DNA from: Mycobacterium sp.
GTDB taxonomy: Bacteria; Actinomycetota; Actinomycetes; Mycobacteriales; Mycobacteriaceae
Direction of reading: 5' to 3'
Assembly (NCBI RefSeq): GCF_965277065.1
Contig: NZ_CBDIBT010000012.1
Location: forward strand, 132 to 64,131
DNA: 64,000 bases
Made by a program: the position numbers and the translations under genes. This document shows positions 38,152-47,615 of the stretch, one piece after another; position 1 is the first letter of the stretch; the number at the start of each line of letters is the position of its first letter. The notes beneath the pieces are model-generated. The model searched no databases, was not told the DNA's origin, and worked only from the letters and a program-made list of their open reading frames with translations.

Positions 38152-40728
38152 ATGGCCGCCGTTCACTGCCACTTCCCGATCACAGTCCACGTCACCGGGC
38201 ACCTTGGCGCGGAGGCGCTTTACCAGCTCGCTGCCGAGGTGGAGCGGGCGGTGGCTGAGCGCATCGCGAGCGCGGAAACAGAGCTCTACCGGCACCCGGG
38301 TGCTCGCGCCGGCACGGGCGTCGTGCCAGGGAACCAGCGGGGTGAGGCGAGCACGGGCCTTGCGGGCGCCGACGAGATTGCCCGCCGCCCGGCCGGAACG
38401 AGGAAGCCAGTTGCCAGCGCAGGTGCGGCGGCGGCGCCGGGTCAGCGATTCCTGATCCATGTGACCGTCAACGAACCGGTCAGCGCCGCAGAGTTTTGTT
38501 TCCTGGCGGTCATGCAAGGCCTCGGCCTCGAACGGGACGAGGCCAAGCGGGTGATCGATTCGGGCACTCTTCGCTGCTACGGCTGGGCATCGACCTATGG
38601 CGTCGGACCCGAATGGGTTAACCATCCCATTCCCTTCTGGGTCGAATCCAGGCTCGCTCACCGCGCCGCGGAGACGCCGGTAGGCAGCATCTCCGACGTG
38701 GCTCTGGAACCCGGCGAACTTGCCGAAATCAGCGCCGAGGCCGATCAGCGATTCTGGGCGAAGATCGGCGAGTATCGGACTCTTTCGAAAACCGATCCGC
38801 GCGACGCCGCCTACCGTGAACTCTGGAAATCGGAGTACGACGCCCTACTGCGGGAGCGGCATCCGATCGCCACGGGGGGTGAGCCCGATGACGATCCGTT
38901 CTCTGCGGACCTGCGGCGCTTTGTCACAATCGCGGGCTTACCCACGGCGGCCCCACATCAGGAAATCGACCCTGAGCAGATGTACTGGATGCAGAAGGTG
39001 CAAGAGATTCTCGCCGGTATCAGCGAACGCGACTGGAAGCGACTGCAGCGCATCGGTCTGCCCCAGAGTGACTGGCAGGGGCTGTCTGCGTGGGTTTCCC
39101 GGTTCGTGGAGGATCAGCGCGCATTGGACCACGCGATCGAAAAGGTCGGACGAATGGACGAATTCGGCGGTCTCGACTCCGCGTACGAATCAATTCGCGG
39201 AGAAGGTCGAGGATCACGCGATGACGTTGAAGGGGAGGCATACGCTCGCTCCTCGGAACTGGACGAAGCCGCCGGAGCGTTTCGCGACAGGTTCCAGGTC
39301 CGAGCAGTTGAGATAACGCTCGAGATGCTGCGATATGCCGAGGTTGCGTTGGAGACGGTACGCGAACGAATGCACATTCGGCGGGAGCGGGAGTCGCTTT
39401 TCTCGGCGTTAGCCAACAACGATTCCGAGGTTTTGGCACGCGATCCCGCATTGAGCTATCCCGACATTCTCGAATCGGCGCATAACTCGACAACCCCGGA
39501 CGACCTCGGCGAGAGGTTGCGGGGCAGCATCTACCAGCAGATCGAGCGGATAAAGTTTGTCCGCGAGAACCTTGATGAAAAACCGAACGTCGTCTTCAAC
39601 TTCGACGTCGTGGTTGCAAACACGTTGGTCGAGCTTGGGCTCGGCGAATCGATCCACGCCGAAATCATCAAGAGAGGGTGGGGCTCGTCGGACGGCAGTT
39701 CTCTCTTTGAGAAGCTGCTCGAGCTGGGGAAGATGCTGCTGATTTTCGTACCCGTGATCGGTGAAATCTACGGCGCGATCGAAGGTTTTCAGGGATTCCG
39801 CGAGGCCGTGAAGGACTACGGTGCCCAGGATGATGCGTTTGAGCTCGGCCTGCGAACGACTGAGCCGAGCAAGGTGGGCATCCTATGGGGAACCGTCGGT
39901 CTCGTTGCGGGCGGTGTGCCGATTGCGCACTCAATCTCGAGTACTGCGAGGGGTTTTGGACAGTTCGAAACCGGTGTGGCCGGCGAAGCGACCACACTGG
40001 GGCGGGCCGAGACGGGCGCGGCGGCCGCCCAAACTGGTGAAGTCGTAGCACCGCAAACGGACGAAGTTCCAACACCCGGGGCGCGAGACGCAACAGAGGG
40101 GATAGAGGGCGGCGACAGCGCCGAAATACCGACTGCGGCTATCGATACGCAGCCTCCGCCAGACAAGCTCTTGCTGTTCCATGGCACAGATCAACCGGGC
40201 TTTACCGAGGGCAGAATCAACGTCGCTCATGCGGGGGGCGAGCACCAAGACCTGAGCCAGGGCTTCTATCTCACGGAGGACAGGGAGCTGGCGGAGGAAT
40301 ACGCCCACATGCGGAGCAAGCAACGCAGCGTGATTCCGAACGTCGACGAGCGTGGCCTCCACGGGATGACCTACACGCACGGTTGGGACGTCGCACTCGA
40401 GGACCTTGGAGACGTCGTGGACATCCGGCGCGGAGGGCAGGATCGCGCAGCTTGGGACGCATTTTTAGAGGAGCCGCCGTTCAGTGTTCCCATCCCGGGA
40501 ATGCCAACCCGACGAATCTATCTCCAGAAGCTCGGCGCCGACCGGCGCGGCATCGTGTTCGAGCAATTCCTGGGGTCGGTAGGCAAGTCCGACGCGGATG
40601 TGATTGTCGCGCCCCTCGGGGACGACGTTTTTATCGGTATCACAACGGGACAGGAATCGACACAGGTCGTCATCCGCTCACAGAAGGCGGCCGACGTACT
40701 CAACGCGATCATTAGGACTGCACAATGA
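38152..40728 (+). CDS. 858-aa multidomain protein at the tape-measure/cargo position, with a PARP/DUF3990-like C-terminal domain
   Basis: N-terminal module MAAVHCHFPITVHVTGHLGAEALYQLAAEVERAV. Helical middle. Two hydrophobic stretches (MLLIFVPVIGEIYGAI, VGILWGTVGLVAGGVPIA). C-terminal ..LLLFHGTDQPGF..DLSQGFYLTEDRELAEEYA..ADVIVAPLGDDVF..QVVIRSQKAADVL.., resembling H-Y-E type ART/DUF3990 layouts. Confidence 0.7.
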   Translation: MAAVHCHFPITVHVTGHLGAEALYQLAAEVERAVAERIASAETELYRHPGARAGTGVVPGNQRGEASTGLAGADEIARRPAGTRKPVASAGAAAAPGQRFLIHVTVNEPVSAAEFCFLAVMQGLGLERDEAKRVIDSGTLRCYGWASTYGVGPEWVNHPIPFWVESRLAHRAAETPVGSISDVALEPGELAEISAEADQRFWAKIGEYRTLSKTDPRDAAYRELWKSEYDALLRERHPIATGGEPDDDPFSADLRRFVTIAGLPTAAPHQEIDPEQMYWMQKVQEILAGISERDWKRLQRIGLPQSDWQGLSAWVSRFVEDQRALDHAIEKVGRMDEFGGLDSAYESIRGEGRGSRDDVEGEAYARSSELDEAAGAFRDRFQVRAVEITLEMLRYAEVALETVRERMHIRRERESLFSALANNDSEVLARDPALSYPDILESAHNSTTPDDLGERLRGSIYQQIERIKFVRENLDEKPNVVFNFDVVVANTLVELGLGESIHAEIIKRGWGSSDGSSLFEKLLELGKMLLIFVPVIGEIYGAIEGFQGFREAVKDYGAQDDAFELGLRTTEPSKVGILWGTVGLVAGGVPIAHSISSTARGFGQFETGVAGEATTLGRAETGAAAAQTGEVVAPQTDEVPTPGARDATEGIEGGDSAEIPTAAIDTQPPPDKLLLFHGTDQPGFTEGRINVAHAGGEHQDLSQGFYLTEDRELAEEYAHMRSKQRSVIPNVDERGLHGMTYTHGWDVALEDLGDVVDIRRGGQDRAAWDAFLEEPPFSVPIPGMPTRRIYLQKLGADRRGIVFEQFLGSVGKSDADVIVAPLGDDVFIGITTGQESTQVVIRSQKAADVLNAIIRTAQ

Positions 40729-40928
40729 TCGGCGAGCCGGCAGAACTAACAACATCGGATCTTCGGTCCGCCGCGCCCCGCGTCTGCCGAAGCGTTCCCC
40801 AAATAGGCAAGTAGTTGAGTGGTTCGACCGTCAGTGGCGTAGCTCGCTGGCGATTCCTTCTCGGCCGTAACACATTTCACCGTCACCAGGTTGTCGATTA
40901 GATCGCCGCTTGACGCACGCCGGCGGCT

Positions 40929-40957
40929 GCGTGTGGTCCGCTCAGCGGACCACACGC
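40929..40957. terminator. perfect 13-bp stem / 3-nt loop hairpin
   Basis: GCGTGTGGTCCGC-TCA-GCGGACCACACGC, with every pair Watson-Crick. It lies ~200 nt after the stop of the 858-aa ORF, inside the 655-nt gap. There is no clear U-tract, as is common for actinobacterial terminators. Confidence 0.4.
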
Positions 40958-41383
40958 TTGTCCGAACCGGCCCGATCGACGCGAAATGGTATACGCCGAG
41001 CTTCGGAGGAGGATTCATGGCCACGCGATGCGTATACGTAGCTCGGTGGCGGGCCGGGCGCCCGGCTGGTCATTGTCGCGCTTCGACCAACCGGGCCCCG
41101 TGTGGATTTGGCGGAGCGGGTGACAACGCTCCCGGTTGGCGTCGACGACCGTTGCCTCGTTTGTGCGAACGCACTTGTGGGCCGGCCCGGTGACGGGCAA
41201 TTGGCCCCTGGTCGAAGTGACGGACGGCGGAGACCAAATTCACCCAGGATGGCGTGGCGGGCGCACTCCTCGCAGCAATAGGTCGTACCCCTGAATGCAG
41301 GATCACCAGCGCATGAGCGACACAACTCCACGCGTGCGACTCCCGCCTTGCGTGCAGGAGGCAGCGGGCAAGGGGGCGGGCGG

Positions 41384-43906
41384 ATGGCGGTGACGATTCA
41401 CCCCCCACACGGCGTGACCTTCGAGGGCCCCGCCTCTGAAGAAGACCGCGGCCGGATCGAAACGGCGCTTCAGCATGCCGTGCGGCGGGCTCTTGCGAAG
41501 TCAGCGGCGCGGCAACTCCAAGATCTGACGGTTCGCCGGTCCGGCGAGATCGGCGAATGGCCCGACCTCGCCTGGGTCGGACCTGCCGATCGCGGCTACT
41601 TCGAACCCAGCGATGACGATCGGGGGGAGCTCACGGAGACCGGACTGCTGGAAAACATCCCGGCCACCGCGGCACAGCGGACCCAACACCTGATCGCAGC
41701 CGGCCAAATGGGTGCGGTCGCTGAGCCGTTCAAGGTCACTCAGGTCGGGCCCGCGGTCGGAGCCCAGGTGGTTCCCTGGTGGGAGGATCGGGGCGAGCCC
41801 ACCGGGATCGAACAGCCAGAACACCCCACGCCGACCACCCAGGCTGAGGGTATCCGGGTTGGCCCGAGCGGCCTGGAAGCCACGCTGATCGCCGTCACGC
41901 CGGGCAACCGCAACGTGTACCTGAGTTCACCGCATCACGCCGTCTCCAGCTCGTTCAGCACCGCCTACCAGTTCGGCCTAAACCTGTTCAAGGCCTCGTC
42001 TTTCGCCATCCTGCAGGGTCCGGGGCAAGGCAACGCGACCCAGTATTTGACGCTCGGAACCGAGCCCAGCGTCGACTCCGCCGACCTGGGCAACGCCGCC
42101 GTGCATGGATGGGAAGGCGCGCAGAAAGAGACCGCCGAGGGTGACGTCATCGACGTGCCCTCGCTCCTGCTGCCGTCAGATAGCTACGGAATCGGCAGCT
42201 ACACACTGCGCGGCTTGGTGACCGAGGACCGTCGCATCGTCTACCCCGACGCGCCGCCTACTCGGCAGTCGCTGGACGACGTCGAGACAGCGGCTCGACA
42301 GGGCGTGCAAATCCCCGCTGCCACTGACGCTCGCGAGCTGCTCTTCAACGACGTCGACAGGCTCGTGGAGCAATACTTCGCCGGCGACGACACTAGCCTC
42401 GGGAAAGCCGCCGATTACTTGAGCCGCTTCGACGCCAACGTCTTCGCGCTGGTTCCGTGGGACCATAAGGTCAAATACCTCGAGGTTTTGCTCGCAGCCT
42501 GGACGTGGCAGATGCGAAAGCAGGCCGTCGTCGCGATCTTCACGTCGCTGCGCAGCGACAGCGAGATCGACGCCGTCATCGACGAGCTGAAGCGGGCGGG
42601 ACGCTACGACCAGTTCATCAAGGACGTCGACTACGGACTTTACGACCTTCTTGTCACCCTGGGCGAATCATTCGCCCAGGACCGCAACGCAGTAGTTACC
42701 TTCGAGGGCCTCATCGAGCTGCTTGACAGCATGGGGATGGTCAGCGAGGCCCCGCCCGGTTACCTGACCCAGATCGTCGCGGAGCCTGGGGCCAAGCCGG
42801 TGCCTCCATCCGAGATGCTGGTCGAGGCCCATGATGCGGCGATGGGTTTGATCCGCGTTGGGGCGGAGCTGGGAGCGACCCTGCAGAGTATTTTCGATGA
42901 TCCCGACACGGTGATGCTGGGCATCGACGCAATGGCTGAGCTCATCGTCAACATTTGGCTGGCCAACGCCGGCTATCAGGCGGCCGCCGTGCAGATCGCC
43001 CGGACGCTGGCCAGGGTTGACAACAAAACTCGGGCTGCTCTCCGCGGTGCGGATCGACTTGGCGTGGACGAGTACGTGCTCGGGCGAATCAGGTGGCGCC
43101 TGCTCTGGGAGGTCGCCTCGCTGTTCGCTGAGGCCGACGCGGTCGTGGAGCCTGGGGTAGCCCTGACCCTGCCTAAAGCGGGACGCACCCACGCCCGGTC
43201 GGGCGAAGCGGTGGACGCCGAGGCCCAGGCCGATAGCGCGGCCCGACTGGCGGCGCTGCTCAACGATCGGAGTGCGACCTTCGGGAGCGTCGAAGAGACG
43301 GCCGAGTTGCTCTCCCACCTTCCCGAAGGCGACGTGCAGCGGCTGGGTCAGCTGCTGGAGTTCCACGGTCCCGAGCTGCACGCCGCCCTCGAGGACGCCG
43401 CGGCGAAAACTGAGGTGCTCAAGACGCTGGCCGACAAGAGCGGCGGGCTCAGCGAGGAATCTCTCGCGCTGTTCCAGCGTCTGGCGGGCCCGGACGGACT
43501 GGAGGTCGAGGCGTCCCGTCGCGTGGTCGCCGCCCTCCCCGCCGGCGAGGTCGCGAGGTTTGCCGCCACCCTGCAGCGCATCCCGCTGCACCGGCTAACA
43601 CCCGAAACGCGCGCTCCCATGCTCGAGCTGCTGGCGGCCAGCGCTCCGCGCATGGACACCTTGACTCAGGTCGGTGCGGAGACGTTCGCCGCCATCTATC
43701 GGCGGGTCGGCGGGAAGGCCGAGGCCGTGGACACTTATCTGCGAGCCATCCACGAGCTTCAGAAGCGTTTGACCGGTCCGGCGAAAGCCGCCGATCTGCG
43801 TCGCCTTCTCGACGCCCTGGAACGGGACGAGCCGGGTGCCTGGCTGACCGTGGATAAAGAGCGCCACCCACCGCCCTCTTCAACGACCTCGCTCGACGGA
43901 GCCTGA
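41384..43906 (+). CDS. 840-aa largely helical protein (tape-measure or cargo candidate)
   Basis: ATG at 41384. The N-terminus MAVTIHPPHGVTFEGPASEEDRGRIETALQHAVRRAL is related to the module of the two preceding ORFs. The C-terminal ~400 aa are Ala/Leu/Glu/Arg-rich and look helical. No catalytic motif recognised. Confidence 0.65.
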   Translation: MAVTIHPPHGVTFEGPASEEDRGRIETALQHAVRRALAKSAARQLQDLTVRRSGEIGEWPDLAWVGPADRGYFEPSDDDRGELTETGLLENIPATAAQRTQHLIAAGQMGAVAEPFKVTQVGPAVGAQVVPWWEDRGEPTGIEQPEHPTPTTQAEGIRVGPSGLEATLIAVTPGNRNVYLSSPHHAVSSSFSTAYQFGLNLFKASSFAILQGPGQGNATQYLTLGTEPSVDSADLGNAAVHGWEGAQKETAEGDVIDVPSLLLPSDSYGIGSYTLRGLVTEDRRIVYPDAPPTRQSLDDVETAARQGVQIPAATDARELLFNDVDRLVEQYFAGDDTSLGKAADYLSRFDANVFALVPWDHKVKYLEVLLAAWTWQMRKQAVVAIFTSLRSDSEIDAVIDELKRAGRYDQFIKDVDYGLYDLLVTLGESFAQDRNAVVTFEGLIELLDSMGMVSEAPPGYLTQIVAEPGAKPVPPSEMLVEAHDAAMGLIRVGAELGATLQSIFDDPDTVMLGIDAMAELIVNIWLANAGYQAAAVQIARTLARVDNKTRAALRGADRLGVDEYVLGRIRWRLLWEVASLFAEADAVVEPGVALTLPKAGRTHARSGEAVDAEAQADSAARLAALLNDRSATFGSVEETAELLSHLPEGDVQRLGQLLEFHGPELHAALEDAAAKTEVLKTLADKSGGLSEESLALFQRLAGPDGLEVEASRRVVAALPAGEVARFAATLQRIPLHRLTPETRAPMLELLAASAPRMDTLTQVGAETFAAIYRRVGGKAEAVDTYLRAIHELQKRLTGPAKAADLRRLLDALERDEPGAWLTVDKERHPPPSSTTSLDGA

Positions 43907-44011
43907 GCAGATGCCCTCGAACAGCCAGCGCCACGCTTGCCTCGCCATCCCCCCCAAGCCGGCGCGGCCCACCGCGAGCGGGGCCCTGGCGGTTTCGATC
44001 GGAGGTTTCCG

Positions 44012-44521
44012 ATGCCTGCTGGGGTGAACGTCCCGGTCCTGATTGGAGTGGTACCGCTCTTCACCGTCACCTCGATGACCCTCAACGAGGGTTACAAAGT
44101 GGCTCGGATCGCGGGCAGCACGCTGGCCCAACTGGTATCTCCCACCACCAAGACCATCGCCATCGAAGCAGTGCTATTGGGCTCTACCCGGCTGATCGTC
44201 AAGAAGGGGCTCGAGGCGATGGCCCTGACCTCGCGTGCCCTCGCTGCCGCGGCCGCGCCGGGCATGAAGCTGGCGGGTCTGCCGGTTGTCTCCGGGTTTA
44301 CCATCAGCGTTGACATGCAGATCACCAGCATGCGGTTCACTCAGAGCAATCAGAAGCGCGACGCGATCGACGTCAGCATCACCCTGGAGTACGTTCCTCG
44401 CTCCAGCCTGAGCGCGATCGTTGGGGAGGCCTTGGACATGGCGCTGGCCGGGGCCACCGCGGCCATCCCCAGCAGCAGCAACATGGTTTCCCTCAAGCGG
44501 CAGCTGGGCGGTGGAGTGTGA
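44012..44521 (+). CDS. tube-initiator / baseplate-proximal tube-like protein (candidate)
   Basis: GGAGG, then ATG at 44012. 169 aa, beta-rich (..FTISVDMQITSMRFTQSNQKRDAIDVSITLEYVP..). Its position directly upstream of the spike module corresponds to Afp7/gp48-54-like proteins. No LysM motif seen. Confidence 0.4.
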   Translation: MPAGVNVPVLIGVVPLFTVTSMTLNEGYKVARIAGSTLAQLVSPTTKTIAIEAVLLGSTRLIVKKGLEAMALTSRALAAAAAPGMKLAGLPVVSGFTISVDMQITSMRFTQSNQKRDAIDVSITLEYVPRSSLSAIVGEALDMALAGATAAIPSSSNMVSLKRQLGGGV

Positions 44522-44940
44522 GTGCGGATCTCCAGTTCTTTCAGCTACCCGTAGTCCCCGATGAGGGCCTGCCGCAGGTGTTCACCTGCCCGGTGGGCGC
44601 GGGAAGCTACGATTTCGCCCTCTACGCGAATCTCACGGTCCCCGACGACGACCCACCAGAGACCATGTACGACCTGTCCACATACGACCCGTCCACCTTC
44701 AAGGCCCCCGCCGAGCCGCTCTCCCCGGTCGGCTACCTGGTGCTGAGGGTGACGGCTCCGTCGCCGGCCGGCCCGCAGGTCATCCTGCTGCGCAAATTGG
44801 TGCCCGAACCCGGCTTAATCCACTACGGCGGCGCGCTGGCAGTCAAGGTTGTCCAGGCGAAGGTCGCGCGAGGCAACCTCAACGGGTTCGGGCACTACGG
44901 CTCGCAGATCACGATCGGGGTGGCGCAGCGATGGGCGTGA
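44518..44940 (+). CDS. hypothetical baseplate-associated protein
   Basis: 140 aa. The GTG start overlaps the preceding stop (GTGA), and its 3' end overlaps the spike gene by 10 nt. No motif recognised. Confidence 0.5.
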   Translation: MSADLQFFQLPVVPDEGLPQVFTCPVGAGSYDFALYANLTVPDDDPPETMYDLSTYDPSTFKAPAEPLSPVGYLVLRVTAPSPAGPQVILLRKLVPEPGLIHYGGALAVKVVQAKVARGNLNGFGHYGSQITIGVAQRWA

Positions 44941-46706
44941 TCCTGTGGTACCAGGTCGACTTCACCGAGCTGAAGACCAAGATCTCCAATGACGTCTACT
45001 CCGGCGACTACCTCGACGACGCGGAGATCAAGGTCGAATACGACATCGGCACGCCGGCCAGCTTCAACATCGAATTCAAGAACCTGCCGCTGGATGTGAA
45101 CAGGGCCATCGCGGACAAGCTGGCGAACTCTGGCACCGGGTCGCCGTCCGGCGTCGAAGTGGAGATCAAGCTGGGCTACCTTGATGATCCCGGAAGCCAG
45201 AAGCGCGTGATCAAGGGCCGTGTCCACAGCATGAAGGGCGGCACCCGGTTCCCCCCGTTGGGCCTGAAGTTGCTTGGCTACGAAGAAGCGGCCTATGCAC
45301 TGCTAACGAAATATGACCCCGACACAAAGCTGGCCCTGATCGCTGAGCCGGCCGCGACGCCGACCGGCGTGGTCGAACAGATCCTGGGCCTGGTAAACCT
45401 GAAGCCGGTCGGCGAGGTGACGCCCACGACGTGGTCCTTCGGTACAGCCGCGGAAGACGGGACACCCGCAAAGCCTTACAACCTCGAGGCACCGAATCTC
45501 TTTGCCCTGCTGAAGAACTTCGCTGACTATCTCGATGCCGAGATCCTCGTGCAAGATGGGGGCGCCCAATTCGGTGTCGCCATCGTCGAGCCGGCGAACA
45601 CGAGTATGCCGACAATTCCACCCAATCCGTCGGTTGTGCTATCACTGCTGACCGCCGAGAGTGCGCTCATTCGCACCAAGGACCTGGAAAGTGCGCGGCT
45701 GGCTGAGTTCAAGCCGTACGTTGTCGGCAGCCCCGCCAAGCAGCGGGTGATTACCGAGCCGGCCGATCAGACCGTGGTCGACTGCTTCGATTTCACCGTC
45801 CTTGGCTCGGCCACATTCCGGGCCGGGCAGCCGGTGATCGCCAGCGTCGACGGCTACGACAACCCGTTCAAGGCCTTCCGGATCTTGAAGGTCACCCACA
45901 CGTTCTCTCCCGTCAGGGGCTATGTCTGCACTGGGCGGGCAGCGACCTTCGACCCCGGTGGTAATAACCGAGCGGCAACCGAAAAGGCGCGGGTGGCGAC
46001 CGCGCCGGCCGTGGCGGATCTGATCGTCAAGACGATCAAGGAGGCCCAGGCAACCCTTCCCTCAGTGGATGTGGGGCGGGTGAAGACGGCGAATCCCGTC
46101 GACCGGGTGGCCGACCTCTACTTCGGCCAGGAGCGGAACCCCGGCGTGTCCACGCCCTGCGTCGACCTGGACGTGAAGGTGAGCAAGTCGGTCCTGTCCA
46201 GCAAACCCCTCGCCGCCCCCTTCGCCTGGCACAAGGTCGGCCTCACGGTGCCCGTATATGAAGGCATGCGGGCGCTCCTCAACCAGGGCCAGAGTTCGCG
46301 CAACAACGCAGTTGTCGCCGGCTTCCTCTGGGCCAACAATGCACCGAAGATGGATCGGCCCAAGTCGAACGACGGCGACTGGTGGCTTTGCCTGCCGACC
46401 GAGGTGTCCGGCGACCCTAAGCTGCCAACTGGTAAGGGGGTCAATGACCTGGTCTCCGCGAAGGGGCTCCGGGTGATCGAGGCGGTCGGACTCAAGGTGG
46501 TGGTGGGCAAGGACAGCTGCTCAGCCGTGGGGGAGCGACCCACCGAAGGAGACGCCGATGTCCTGCTGATCAGCCACTCCTCGGGCACCACCATTCAGAT
46601 CGACGCCCAGGGCAACGTCGCGGTGCAGGGTAAAGGGACGAGCGTCAGCCTTGCGTGCGGCGGGGCGACCCTGACGGTGGGGAGCGGGAAGGTGTCGATC
46701 TCATGA
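44931..46706 (+). CDS. baseplate hub/spike protein (gpD/VgrG-like)
   Basis: 591 aa. The N-terminal pattern (..AEIKVEYDIGTPASFNIEFKNLP..VEVEIKLGYLDDPGSQKRVIKGRVHSM..LKLLGYEEA) is typical of phage late-control-D/VgrG. The C-terminus has a beta-helix-like repeat (..TTIQIDAQGNVAVQGKGTSVSLACGGATLTVGSGKVSIS). Confidence 0.7.
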   Translation: MGVILWYQVDFTELKTKISNDVYSGDYLDDAEIKVEYDIGTPASFNIEFKNLPLDVNRAIADKLANSGTGSPSGVEVEIKLGYLDDPGSQKRVIKGRVHSMKGGTRFPPLGLKLLGYEEAAYALLTKYDPDTKLALIAEPAATPTGVVEQILGLVNLKPVGEVTPTTWSFGTAAEDGTPAKPYNLEAPNLFALLKNFADYLDAEILVQDGGAQFGVAIVEPANTSMPTIPPNPSVVLSLLTAESALIRTKDLESARLAEFKPYVVGSPAKQRVITEPADQTVVDCFDFTVLGSATFRAGQPVIASVDGYDNPFKAFRILKVTHTFSPVRGYVCTGRAATFDPGGNNRAATEKARVATAPAVADLIVKTIKEAQATLPSVDVGRVKTANPVDRVADLYFGQERNPGVSTPCVDLDVKVSKSVLSSKPLAAPFAWHKVGLTVPVYEGMRALLNQGQSSRNNAVVAGFLWANNAPKMDRPKSNDGDWWLCLPTEVSGDPKLPTGKGVNDLVSAKGLRVIEAVGLKVVVGKDSCSAVGERPTEGDADVLLISHSSGTTIQIDAQGNVAVQGKGTSVSLACGGATLTVGSGKVSIS

Positions 46707-47077
46707 GCTTCGTGCTGGTCGAGGGCGCCATCATCGGATGCAGCCACGGAGGGCAGCTCACACTCGGCTCCGGGGACGCACGCCTCAGCGTCGACGGCAA
46801 CGGCGCGATCACCTTCGGCATGGAGGCGGGCCTCAGTTTCGCTGCCGCCCACCCCCCGTGCACAAACAAGACCACCACCACCCCGCCGCCCGCCCCCCAG
46901 CCGGCCCCCTGTGTGACCTCGGCCGCCACCGCCGGCCAATCCACCAAACTGTCGGTGGGCAATCTGCCGGTGCTGCTCGACTCGGCCAATGGACCCACCG
47001 TGCCCGCGCTACTTCCGGCCGCCCCCGGCACCTGGAACGTCGTCAGCGCCGGCCAGGCCAAACTGGAGGCGATGTAA
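46703..47077 (+). CDS. PAAR-like/DUF4280-like spike-tip protein
   Basis: ATGA overlap with the spike gene. 124 aa: MSFVLVEGAIIGCSHGGQLTL..HPPCTNK..APCVTSA..LSVGNLPVLL..GTWNVVSAGQ, which matches the Cys spacing I associate with DUF4280. Confidence 0.55.
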   Translation: MSFVLVEGAIIGCSHGGQLTLGSGDARLSVDGNGAITFGMEAGLSFAAAHPPCTNKTTTTPPPAPQPAPCVTSAATAGQSTKLSVGNLPVLLDSANGPTVPALLPAAPGTWNVVSAGQAKLEAM

Positions 47078-47553
47078 TGGCCACTCCCGGCAATAGCGGC
47101 GCCCCCAGCCTGGGCCTGAGCTTGATGCTCAACGTCGGGGACCTGGTTTTCGACCCGGGAACAGGCGACCTTGACATCGTGCGGGAACAGCACGCTTTGT
47201 CCCAGGCCCTGCAGCTGGCGGTCCAGACGCAAGTCGGCTCCGACCGGATCAACGTCGGCTTCGGTTTCGACCAGCTCTCAGTAGGTGCGTACGCCTACGA
47301 CATTCACACCCGCAAGGAATACGTCAAGATGCAGCTGGTCAAGGCGGTCACCGGCGACCGCCGCGTCCGCGACGTCCGAGAAATCTTTTTCCGGGACGAC
47401 CCTCGCTACTTCGAACTGCACTCCATCGACGCCCTTTCTCAGCAGCAGATCATCGCCCGGGCCCGGGCCAGCCGCGAATACACCGTCTATGTAGTCATCG
47501 ACACCATCAGCAACGACACGCTGACCATCGAAGCCGGGGCCACCCTTGGCTGA
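47077..47553 (+). CDS. baseplate wedge protein, gp25/GPW-like
   Basis: TAATG overlap with the preceding gene. 158 aa with ..DIVREQHALSQALQLAVQTQVGSDRINVGFGFD..YVKMQLVKAVTGDRRVRDVREI.., resembling the GPW/gp25 fold family. Confidence 0.6.
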   Translation: MATPGNSGAPSLGLSLMLNVGDLVFDPGTGDLDIVREQHALSQALQLAVQTQVGSDRINVGFGFDQLSVGAYAYDIHTRKEYVKMQLVKAVTGDRRVRDVREIFFRDDPRYFELHSIDALSQQQIIARARASREYTVYVVIDTISNDTLTIEAGATLG

Positions 47554-47615
47554 ACTATGCGGTTGCGACCACCGGCCTGACGGCCGTCACCCCGTCTCGA
47601 CGCCGAGAGGGTCCA

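Noticed and set aside
40942-41331. Antisense 129-aa ORF in the cluster gap with a Cys-rich start (ELCRSCAGDPAFRGTTYCCEECARH), possibly a small zinc-binding protein
   Set aside because: Only the first ~30 codons look protein-like. The rest is Ser/Arg/Pro-rich with mixed third-position GC. It has a GTG start without an obvious RBS. It is kept only as a note under the gap finding.
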